From: Kiritimatiellia bacterium
GTDB lineage: Bacteria > Verrucomicrobiota > Kiritimatiellia > RFP12 > UBA1067
DNA length: 64,000 bases
Reading direction: 5' to 3'
NCBI GenBank assembly: GCA_045656285.1
Contig: JAZOQY010000037.1
Span: 19,154 to 83,153 of the forward strand
Shown: positions 27,553-35,189 of the stretch, piece by piece
Layout of the letters: every line of letters begins with the position of its first letter
How positions within the stretch are numbered: position 1 is the first letter of the stretch
Made by a program: the position numbers and the translations under genes
The notes under the pieces: model-generated
Seen by the model: only the letters and a program-made list of their open reading frames with translations
Database searches by the model: none
What the model was told of the DNA's origin: nothing

Positions 27553-28410
27553 TTAATGATCCTTCATTCCTTCGCCATGCCACGGCTCAAACGCCGGAAC
27601 GCTCTCAACTCCTGCGGCGATGCGCTGACGCACCGCTTCATAGACGAGAATTGTCGCCGCAGCCGAAACGTTGAGGGAATCGGCGAGCCCAAGCATGGGT
27701 ATCCTGACGCGAAGTTCCGCGCCGTCCATCCACTTGGCGGTAAGTCCGTACTGCTCGGCTCCAAGCGCGATAGCGACATTGCCGGTCAGATCAACCTCAA
27801 AGTGGAGTTTCTCGGCATGAGGAGTGGCCGCGAGAATCCTGAAGCCACGGGACTTCAGGAACTCAAGCGCCTCGTCGCTCGTGGCCTCGGCGATCGGAAC
27901 CGAAAACATCGTCCCGGTGGATGCCCGCACCACATTGGGGTTGTGGATGTCGGTAGTGCGATTGCAGACGATTACGGCCGCGACTTTGGCCGCATCCGCA
28001 GAGCGAAGTATCGTGCCGAGATTCCCGGGTTTTTCTATCGCCTCGGTAACGATGACGAGAGCGTTCTCCGGAAGTTTCAGGTCCGAAAGCCTTACCGTCA
28101 CATGAGGCCCCACCATCAAAAGGCCGTCGGGGCGCTCCTTGTACGCAATCTTTGCAAAACACTGTCTGGAGCAGGTAAAGACCTCCGCTCCGTTCGCGCG
28201 GCATTCCTCGACCAGCGCGGGTTCGTTCTCGTTCTTGAGATAAAAGTCCGGACAATGGAAGATGGCGCGCGGACGATAACCGTTGTCGAGGGCGCGGCGA
28301 CACTCGCGAAAGCCCTCGACAATCATCTCGCCGGACTCCTCGCGCGTCGAACACGTCCTCAACTTTACGACATATTTGAGTTTCGGATTGCTGGGGCTGG
28401 TTATCTCCAT
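27553..28410 (-). CDS. TrmH/SpoU-family RNA 2'-O-methyltransferase
   Basis: PGNLGTILRSADAAKV and IPMLGLADSLNVSAAATILVYE are the SPOUT motifs. Confidence 0.85.
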   Translation of the reverse strand: MEITSPSNPKLKYVVKLRTCSTREESGEMIVEGFRECRRALDNGYRPRAIFHCPDFYLKNENEPALVEECRANGAEVFTCSRQCFAKIAYKERPDGLLMVGPHVTVRLSDLKLPENALVIVTEAIEKPGNLGTILRSADAAKVAAVIVCNRTTDIHNPNVVRASTGTMFSVPIAEATSDEALEFLKSRGFRILAATPHAEKLHFEVDLTGNVAIALGAEQYGLTAKWMDGAELRVRIPMLGLADSLNVSAAATILVYEAVRQRIAAGVESVPAFEPWHGEGMKDH

Positions 28411-28487
28411 GGAATCAACTCTTTTTCAAGGTGAGATCAAAGGCCAAAGGATCAGGTCTTGACCGGCTCTGCCGTTCCGCCCCGGAC

Positions 28488-29381
28488 TTACTCGACCTCA
28501 AGAAATTCAATCGTCGCCTTTTCGCGCAGTTCCGCGACGAACGCATCGACGGCCTTGCCGCGTGCGCCGTGACGAAGATAGTCCTTGATCTGATCGTGAA
28601 CGTCGACCAGGGTCTGCTGTCCGCCGGGCTGCTCATCGGCCTTGTAGATGATGTGATAGCCGAACTGGGTCGTCACGACACCGGAAACTTCGCCTTTCTT
28701 CATTTCGAAGGCGACCTTGTCAAATTCAGGCACCATCATCCCGGGGCCGAACCACCCCAAGGACCCGCCCTCGGCGCCCGACGGGCAGTCGGAGTTATTC
28801 TTCGCCTCCTCAGCGAAATTGCCGCCCGCGGCGATTCTCTCCTTGATGGCGAGGATCTTCTCGAATGCGGCAGACTTCTCGTCGGAGGTCGAGCTCTCCT
28901 CGACCTTCACGAGAATATGCTGGCAAAGCACTTTCGGCTCGGAAACATACTCGCTCTTGTGGGCCTCGTAGAAATCGGAGACTTCCTGCTCGGTCGGCTC
29001 TTCAACGCCGGTGCACGCCTGTTCAACGAGCTTGTTGACGCGAGCGCCCTTCTCAATCTCCTTGCGGAACGCCTCTTCGTCGATATTCTGGGCCGAAAGC
29101 GCCTTCTTGAAATTCTCTTCGCCGCCGACCTGTTCGATCACCTTGGCCACTTCGGCGTCGATATCGGCCGAGGTGACGGGAACGTCGAGCTGCTGGGAAC
29201 GCTCGAGCAAAAGCCTCGCTCCGATGGCCTGATCGAGAGCCTTCTCCTGAAGTTTGGGGAGGTTGTCCTTGATCTCCTGCATGGACATTCCGTGAGACAT
29301 ATAAAATCTTACAAGCCTGTCAAGCTCAAAACCCACAGCCTGTTTAGTGACTTCAAATCCATTTACTTTAGCGATTTTCAT
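28488..29381 (-). CDS. Parvulin-type peptidyl-prolyl isomerase (SurA/PrsA-like)
   Basis: The CQHILVKV and TQFGYHIIY parvulin blocks follow a helical chaperone-like N-terminal region. Confidence 0.85.
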   Translation of the reverse strand: MKIAKVNGFEVTKQAVGFELDRLVRFYMSHGMSMQEIKDNLPKLQEKALDQAIGARLLLERSQQLDVPVTSADIDAEVAKVIEQVGGEENFKKALSAQNIDEEAFRKEIEKGARVNKLVEQACTGVEEPTEQEVSDFYEAHKSEYVSEPKVLCQHILVKVEESSTSDEKSAAFEKILAIKERIAAGGNFAEEAKNNSDCPSGAEGGSLGWFGPGMMVPEFDKVAFEMKKGEVSGVVTTQFGYHIIYKADEQPGGQQTLVDVHDQIKDYLRHGARGKAVDAFVAELREKATIEFLEVE

Positions 29382-29433
29382 ATTGTATCTACCTCATTAT
29401 GCCATCCGGCAAACTTATATTTTGTTCAGTGAT

Positions 29434-29442
29434 ATTATATCA
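29434..29442 (-). promoter_or_regulatory. Extended -10 promoter TGATATAAT (ppiC-to-nucleosidase chain)
   Basis: The element lies in the 15-nt palindrome gtgatattatatcac (29429-29443). The leader would be about 45 nt and contains a GAGGTAG SD. Confidence 0.55.
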
Positions 29443-29475
29443 CAATTTGCACATCGTTTCCCCGAACTTCATGCT

Positions 29476-31023
29476 TTAATCATGCTTGCCGGCAAAACGG
29501 ACGCCGTTCATCCCCCAAAGTTCACCGGCAAGCGCGATCTTTCCGTCTTTTTCGGCCAGCACAACATCGATATAGGCTGTCGTTCCCGTCAGATAAATGC
29601 GCAACTTGAACGAGCCGTCTTCCTGCATCGCTCCAGAGGTCATCGCCTTCTGGCTCCCCAGAACCGCACCTAGCGTCTCGGCCTTCTGGTTATCAATCCG
29701 CATGACACCCTCGGCCCAGCGTCCGACGCCGACAGGAATGTCGCTCGTCTCATCCTTCACCTTGAAGACAAGGCGCAATCCGTCCTCTCCAGGCTTCCTG
29801 TAAAGTTTTACGCTCTTTATGCCGCGAGAGTTTTTGGCGGCCTCAATCTCCTTGCCGAGAAACTTCGCGACACCGTCCAGAGAGCCCTTCACCGGTGCGA
29901 TCTCGAGGCTCTTCAATCTCTTTTTGAGTTCGCTCTGGGCTTCGGTATCCTCAGGCAAAGGACCGTCCTTGAGATTGGAGAGAATGAGCTCGCTGACGAG
30001 CGACACCTCCTTCTGCATATCGCCAAGCCCTGCATTGACGGAAACGACGAGATTCCTATCGGGATATACGAGCGTCAGCTGTCCTGCCGCACCGTCTGCA
30101 CGATAACCGTTGTTGCGGCAACGCCAGAACTGAAATCCATACCCCTGCTCCCAATCACTGCCCTCACCCAGGGCCTTGACGCCGACATTGCGCCATCCGC
30201 TGAAAGTATGGCGCGCCGTCGCCAGCTGCACCCATTGAGGATGAATGACGTTCTTGCCGCCCCAAACGCCGTTTTGAGCATAACACAGTCCGAACCGCGC
30301 CATTTCGCGCGTCGTCATGTTCATGCCCCAGCCGCCGCATGCGATATCCTGGGGCGAAACGGTCGACCAGGCCTTCTCGATGCCTATTTTTTTGAAGAAT
30401 CTCTTGTCGAGATAATCCATCAGCTTCTCGCCCGAACGCTTCTCGACGATAGCCGCGAGCATGTAGGTAGCATCCGAATCATACTTGAAGCCGCACCCGG
30501 GCTTCGTCTGAAGCTCCTTCTCCATAAAAGTGCGGCCCCAATCATCAAAACGATGCACCTTGTGATCCCACTTCGCGCCGACGTTCATCGTAAGCAAATC
30601 CCTCACGCGCATCGACTTCAGGTTCTCGGTCAGATTCGCAGGCGCCAGCTCGGGAAAGATATCCGCCACTCTCTCGTCGAGATCGAGCTTTCCTTCTTCA
30701 ACGAGAAAACCTATCGCCGTAGACGTAAAGCTCTTCGAATGCGAATAGAGCATGTGAGTCTCTTCAAGCGTATTGAACGGCTTCCAGCTGCCCTCGGCTA
30801 TCGTCTTTCCGTTGCGGACGATCACAAACCCGTGAAGCGCGCCCGATCCGTTCCATGCGGAGAACGTCTTCTCGCAGGCATCGATCCACTTCAAGATGGC
30901 ACGGCTTGAAACTCCCTGAGATTCGGGTGTGGCATACTCCATTTCAACGGCCTTGGCCGTAATCGCAAAAGCTCCGGCAAAAAGCGCCGAGAGGGTCGCA
31001 GCAGCAAAAATTTTCATTTTCAT
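29476..31023 (-). CDS. Beta-lactamase-family serine hydrolase (secreted)
   Basis: The start is ATG 31023, giving the signal peptide MKMKIFAAATLSALFAGAFAITAKA. YSHSKSF carries the SxxK motif. Confidence 0.8.
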   Translation of the reverse strand: MKMKIFAAATLSALFAGAFAITAKAVEMEYATPESQGVSSRAILKWIDACEKTFSAWNGSGALHGFVIVRNGKTIAEGSWKPFNTLEETHMLYSHSKSFTSTAIGFLVEEGKLDLDERVADIFPELAPANLTENLKSMRVRDLLTMNVGAKWDHKVHRFDDWGRTFMEKELQTKPGCGFKYDSDATYMLAAIVEKRSGEKLMDYLDKRFFKKIGIEKAWSTVSPQDIACGGWGMNMTTREMARFGLCYAQNGVWGGKNVIHPQWVQLATARHTFSGWRNVGVKALGEGSDWEQGYGFQFWRCRNNGYRADGAAGQLTLVYPDRNLVVSVNAGLGDMQKEVSLVSELILSNLKDGPLPEDTEAQSELKKRLKSLEIAPVKGSLDGVAKFLGKEIEAAKNSRGIKSVKLYRKPGEDGLRLVFKVKDETSDIPVGVGRWAEGVMRIDNQKAETLGAVLGSQKAMTSGAMQEDGSFKLRIYLTGTTAYIDVVLAEKDGKIALAGELWGMNGVRFAGKHD

Positions 31024-31029
31024 GGCGAT

Positions 31030-31038
31030 ATGATACCA
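31030..31038 (-). promoter_or_regulatory. Extended -10-like promoter TGGTATCAT, leaderless geometry (serine hydrolase)
   Basis: 6 nt separate the hexamer from ATG 31023. Confidence 0.45.
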
Positions 31039-31177
31039 AAGACAGAAAGCTAACGCAACCGACAGCCAAACCTGAACGGAGCAGGACATATACATCTGTT
31101 GCCGGGAAAATACCGACAGTCAAAACAAAACAGCGATCATCAATACTCAGTATTTTCGACGAACAAGACATACGCGC

Positions 31178-32038
31178 TCACGCCAGAACGGCGAAGGCAT
31201 ATCTGTCGTGCCCTGAATAATCCTTCTCGACGCGAATATCGGAAAAGCCGTACCCTTCCATAAGCTTCGCTACGGCTTCGCCCTGATTCTCGCCTATCTC
31301 GAAAAAGACCGCACCGCCCGGCTTGAGGATGTTGAGCGCATCGGCGAGATAGCGATCGTAGAAGTCAAGCCCGCTCGCTCCGCCGTCGAGCGCGAGACGC
31401 GGCTCGAAATCCTTGACCCTCGGATCCAGCGTTTCGCAGACCGCACTTTCGATGTACGGAGGATTGGAGACTAGCACATCGACCACCTCCGGCTCGTCGA
31501 AATCGTCGAGCCCGTCCATGACGGCAAACTTGACCCGTCCGTCCAAGGCGCACTTCGCGGCATTCTCCTTGGCGAGCGAAATGGCCGCCTCGCTCACGTC
31601 GGTGCCGAGAAAAACGGCAGACCCCTTGTATTCCGCAGCGAGCGAAAGTATTATGGCTCCTGTTCCCGTTCCGACATCGACGACAAAACGAGGATCGTCC
31701 GACGGATTCTCCTTGAGCCATTTGAGAACGCGCGTCACAAGCTCTTCGGTCTCTGGCCGCGGAATGAGAGCGCGCGAATCGCACTTCAAGGTCAGCGACC
31801 TAAAATCCCATTCGCCAAGGACGTACTGAATCGGCTCGCCCGCCACCAGCCTGCGCATCGCGCGGCGCATCGCCTCGAGAAACTTCTCGGGGACTTCCTT
31901 TTCGTAAAACGAATTCAAAAAGCCGCGCGACGACCTTAAAAGCCGCGCGGCCATAAGTTCTGAAGCGACGCGCGCATCGGGAACGTTCTTCGATTCCAGA
32001 TACGCGTCCGTTTTAGCGATCGCTTCGCGCCAGTTCAT
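31178..32038 (-). CDS. prmC: Release-factor glutamine N5-methyltransferase
   Basis: The start is ATG 32038, forming an ATGA overlap with the upstream stop. VDVGTGTGAI is the SAM motif and VSNPPYI is the NPPY motif. Confidence 0.9.
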   Translation of the reverse strand: MNWREAIAKTDAYLESKNVPDARVASELMAARLLRSSRGFLNSFYEKEVPEKFLEAMRRAMRRLVAGEPIQYVLGEWDFRSLTLKCDSRALIPRPETEELVTRVLKWLKENPSDDPRFVVDVGTGTGAIILSLAAEYKGSAVFLGTDVSEAAISLAKENAAKCALDGRVKFAVMDGLDDFDEPEVVDVLVSNPPYIESAVCETLDPRVKDFEPRLALDGGASGLDFYDRYLADALNILKPGGAVFFEIGENQGEAVAKLMEGYGFSDIRVEKDYSGHDRYAFAVLA

Positions 32039-32424
32039 CAGAACGGCATGTCGTCGATATCGCCTGCGTCGCCGAAATCCTCGGGCTCGGCGGGAGCGGG
32101 AACAGGCTCGGTCGAGGAGCCGTCGCTGTTGAGGACTTCGAGCTTGAGCCCCGTCAAATCGGTGAAATACTTGACCTGCCCCTGGGGGTTGGTCCACTCG
32201 CGCCCGTCGATCGCAAAACGGATCTTCGCGCGCTGACCCTCCTTGACAGAATCGAGAACGCTCGTATTGTCCTTTTTGAAGGTGAAGGCGATGTGATTGG
32301 GCCACTGGCCGCCCTGCCCGACATCATCTGTCAAAACGATATCGCGCTTTGTAAATCCGCTTGTAAACGTCTGCACGGGAAGTATCTTCTCTACAACACC
32401 CGTATACTCGTAAATAGCCGCCAT
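32038..32424 (-). CDS. DUF3127-like OB-fold protein with SSB-like acidic C-terminal tail
   Basis: 128 aa. The core follows the DUF3127 pattern (...FTSGFTKRDIVL...IAFTFKKD...IDGREW...YFT). The tail is a Pro/Glu-rich linker ending in DFGDAGDIDDMPF. AAGGAG SD is present. Confidence 0.7.
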   Translation of the reverse strand: MAAIYEYTGVVEKILPVQTFTSGFTKRDIVLTDDVGQGGQWPNHIAFTFKKDNTSVLDSVKEGQRAKIRFAIDGREWTNPQGQVKYFTDLTGLKLEVLNSDGSSTEPVPAPAEPEDFGDAGDIDDMPF

Positions 32425-32456
32425 GATCTTGATTCTCCTTGTTTTCTCTTTTCTAC

Positions 32457-32465
32457 ATTATAACA
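32457..32465 (-). promoter_or_regulatory. Extended -10 promoter TGTTATAAT (DUF3127-prmC)
   Basis: The leader would be about 25 nt and contains an AAGGAG SD. Confidence 0.55.
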
Positions 32466-32511
32466 TAAAATCCCTGTGCATTGAGCCGAAGCACGGTTTT
32501 ATTTCACGGTT

Positions 32512-35187
32512 TCAGAACATCACGAGAAACGCCGCGCTGTTGGCATCTTTCTTGGGAAGCGTAAGAGTCCCGTTGACGAGTTTCGCGTCAACCGTTTCCA
32601 AGTCGCGCTCGTAGTCGTGGACAAGAATCCTGCATTTCGCATCGGGCGCAACGTCATCGAACTTGACGGTGAGCGAAGCGCTCCCGGAGCAGTAATCCGT
32701 CACGAGCGCAGCCTTGCGCTTAGAATCAGCCGATTTGGCCGCGATTACAGTAACGCCCTTCTTATCGCTCGAGGAGGAGCAGATTACGGGATAATCGCGC
32801 AGGAAATCGCCGAACATCTTCAGGCCGTAATACACCTTGTACTTCTCGCCGAAGGTATCTTTATACCCCCAGTTGCCGATGTTCTTGCAGCCGTAGTAGA
32901 ACGACTGATCAAGCGCGGAAGTCTGGAATCGCGACATGAGCGTCAGGTTGAAGCACGAGGAATCGATGCCGTTGTGTGACGCAGGCCCCGTCCAGACCGC
33001 GCGGCGGACCTTCGGATCGGGAGAGCCGAGTTCAGACCACGGACGTGCGCGATAATGCCACTCGTTGAGAATCAGCTCGCAGTCCGGAAAGCCCATCTCG
33101 TCGCAGAGACGGCGCGCCTTGGAGATCGCGGCCATCACATCGTCGGGGTTCTTGCCGTAATAATGCCATGAAATGAAGTCCGGCGCGACGCCGGCCTCCT
33201 TGCACGCCGAAAGAATCGCCCTGAAGTACGCGCTCGTGTTGCGGTATTTGCGCGTCCATGCGCTCGGCGCACCGTCCGCCATCACAGGCTCCTTGTCGTC
33301 GCGCCATGTGCACAGGGCGGGACCGCCGACCTTGACGTCGGGAAACTCGCTCTTGATCCTCTTGAGGCAAGTCACAAAGAACTTCACGAAGAGTTCCCTC
33401 CTCAGCGTCTCGCGGCGCTGAAGATCCGCCATGCGCTCCTCCGGCGTCGCGCCCTTGCCGCCGTCACCGTCCGGAAGGCACCACATGCAGTTCATGTTGT
33501 CGGGCTCGTTCCATATCTCCCAGTACTTGATGTCCCAGTGATGTCCGTTCCCCCACCCCTTGTTGTAATGGCGGATCGTTCCGGCGAAGATTTCGGCAAC
33601 CTTGTCGAAGTCGTCGGGAATCTGAGTGTTGAAATGTACATCAGGCCCGGAATGTTCGATGGATGTCCCCAGGCGGAAGAACACGTCATGCCCCAATTCT
33701 TCGCGGGTGCGCTTGAGGAGATAATCCGTCGGGCCAAAGCAATAATTCTCGGGCTTTGTCGCATCGAGGTGCATCAAGGGGAACATCTGGAAATAATCGC
33801 AGACTCGCTGGTTGGGGTTCAGCAGCGACCAGTCATGGGTGCGCGACGCCTTGAACCCCATCGACTTCAATTCGTCGATGGTCCTTTTTGAGCAGGAGCA
33901 TATCTGAGGCCCGTAGCCCGAAGAATGAAGTTCGGGGCGCATCCTGCCGATGTCCTTGGCGAAGTCCACCGTCGCTGCGGCGCTTGCGGACCCGCCGGCG
34001 ACGCTCGGCTTTCTCAAATTCCAGCCGTGCCTGTCTGCGAAATCCATATACCGGTTCCAATCATGGACCGTCAAATCATGCTTGCCTTGGCGGAAATGGT
34101 ATGAAACAGAACCTTCCTGCTGAGCTTGCCCGACTTCCGGCATCTTATCGGCCTTTAGGCCGGTTTTACCGTAAAGCTCCCACGCCGGCGAGGCAAGTTT
34201 GGCGCACCACCACTCCCCCTCCTGACCGGCCCAATGGTCTTTGCTGGCGCTTGAAATCGCCAAAAGCCGAGGCGCCACCAGAGCGGCCAGCTGATGAGAA
34301 TCGAAATCCATTTTCATCTCATTGCCGACATACCGCAGATAGTTCCTGCAGAACCAATGGGGAAACTTACCGGTTATCTGACCGATCGACTCGGATTGCG
34401 GGAGAGCGATATGATTAAGCTTGGCGCCGCTGCAACCTGAATTGTTGACGCAGGCCATCGCAAAACGCCGGTCCGTGGCCGCCGCCCAAAGCGATGTCTT
34501 GCCTCCACGCGAGTGTCCGACGACGGCGACCTTGCCGGAATCTATCAGCGGCTCGGTCCCGATCCAGTCCATCACGCGGGAAGCCGCCCAGGCCCAAGCC
34601 GATATCGACGCCCACGACTCGTCCTTCCGTTGAGAGGACTTTTCGACGGCAGAGAAGATTCCCTGGTCAAATCCGGCTTCGGCCTTGTCGGCGGCCACGT
34701 CGGAGAACAGGAAAGTCGCAGTCGCATATCCGCGCGAAACGATCTCCTCGGCCGGCCAGAACTCGCTTTTCCTGACCCTGTCAGGATCGACATTTTCGGG
34801 CGAACGGTTGCAGATGAAGACAAATGCGGCGACGGGAGAGTCGGACTTCGGAATGAAAACGGTGAAAGGGAATGAAAAATCTCCAGCCGATCCTTTATAA
34901 CGGCAGCGGACCATTTTTCGGATCGCCTTCCCGTCCATCGCCTCGCGCGCATCAAGAAGCTCGAACGAAACCCTGCTGGCGTTCGACAATTCCCCGGGTC
35001 TGCGGCCGAAGACTTCCGACTCGAATTTCGCAAGTATCTCGGGCGCCCGGAGACGCTCCCAGTCGAGCCTTGATTTTATCTCATCGCCGGAAAATGTCCT
35101 CATCAACTCGGGGACATCGGCGGGGACGGGCGAGGCGAACGAAAAAAACGCAGAAAAAACCGGAAAAAGGCAAAGGATCTTTTTCAT
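32512..35187 (-). CDS. Bifunctional CE15-like glucuronoyl esterase / clan GH-A (GH39-like) glycoside hydrolase
   Basis: 891 aa with a signal peptide. VVGHSRGGKTSLWAAA...NNSGCSGAK is the CE15-type serine block. YWEIWNEPDN is the acid/base NEP motif in the C-terminal half. Confidence 0.7.
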   Translation of the reverse strand: MKKILCLFPVFSAFFSFASPVPADVPELMRTFSGDEIKSRLDWERLRAPEILAKFESEVFGRRPGELSNASRVSFELLDAREAMDGKAIRKMVRCRYKGSAGDFSFPFTVFIPKSDSPVAAFVFICNRSPENVDPDRVRKSEFWPAEEIVSRGYATATFLFSDVAADKAEAGFDQGIFSAVEKSSQRKDESWASISAWAWAASRVMDWIGTEPLIDSGKVAVVGHSRGGKTSLWAAATDRRFAMACVNNSGCSGAKLNHIALPQSESIGQITGKFPHWFCRNYLRYVGNEMKMDFDSHQLAALVAPRLLAISSASKDHWAGQEGEWWCAKLASPAWELYGKTGLKADKMPEVGQAQQEGSVSYHFRQGKHDLTVHDWNRYMDFADRHGWNLRKPSVAGGSASAAATVDFAKDIGRMRPELHSSGYGPQICSCSKRTIDELKSMGFKASRTHDWSLLNPNQRVCDYFQMFPLMHLDATKPENYCFGPTDYLLKRTREELGHDVFFRLGTSIEHSGPDVHFNTQIPDDFDKVAEIFAGTIRHYNKGWGNGHHWDIKYWEIWNEPDNMNCMWCLPDGDGGKGATPEERMADLQRRETLRRELFVKFFVTCLKRIKSEFPDVKVGGPALCTWRDDKEPVMADGAPSAWTRKYRNTSAYFRAILSACKEAGVAPDFISWHYYGKNPDDVMAAISKARRLCDEMGFPDCELILNEWHYRARPWSELGSPDPKVRRAVWTGPASHNGIDSSCFNLTLMSRFQTSALDQSFYYGCKNIGNWGYKDTFGEKYKVYYGLKMFGDFLRDYPVICSSSSDKKGVTVIAAKSADSKRKAALVTDYCSGSASLTVKFDDVAPDAKCRILVHDYERDLETVDAKLVNGTLTLPKKDANSAAFLVMF

Positions 35188-35189
35188 GA

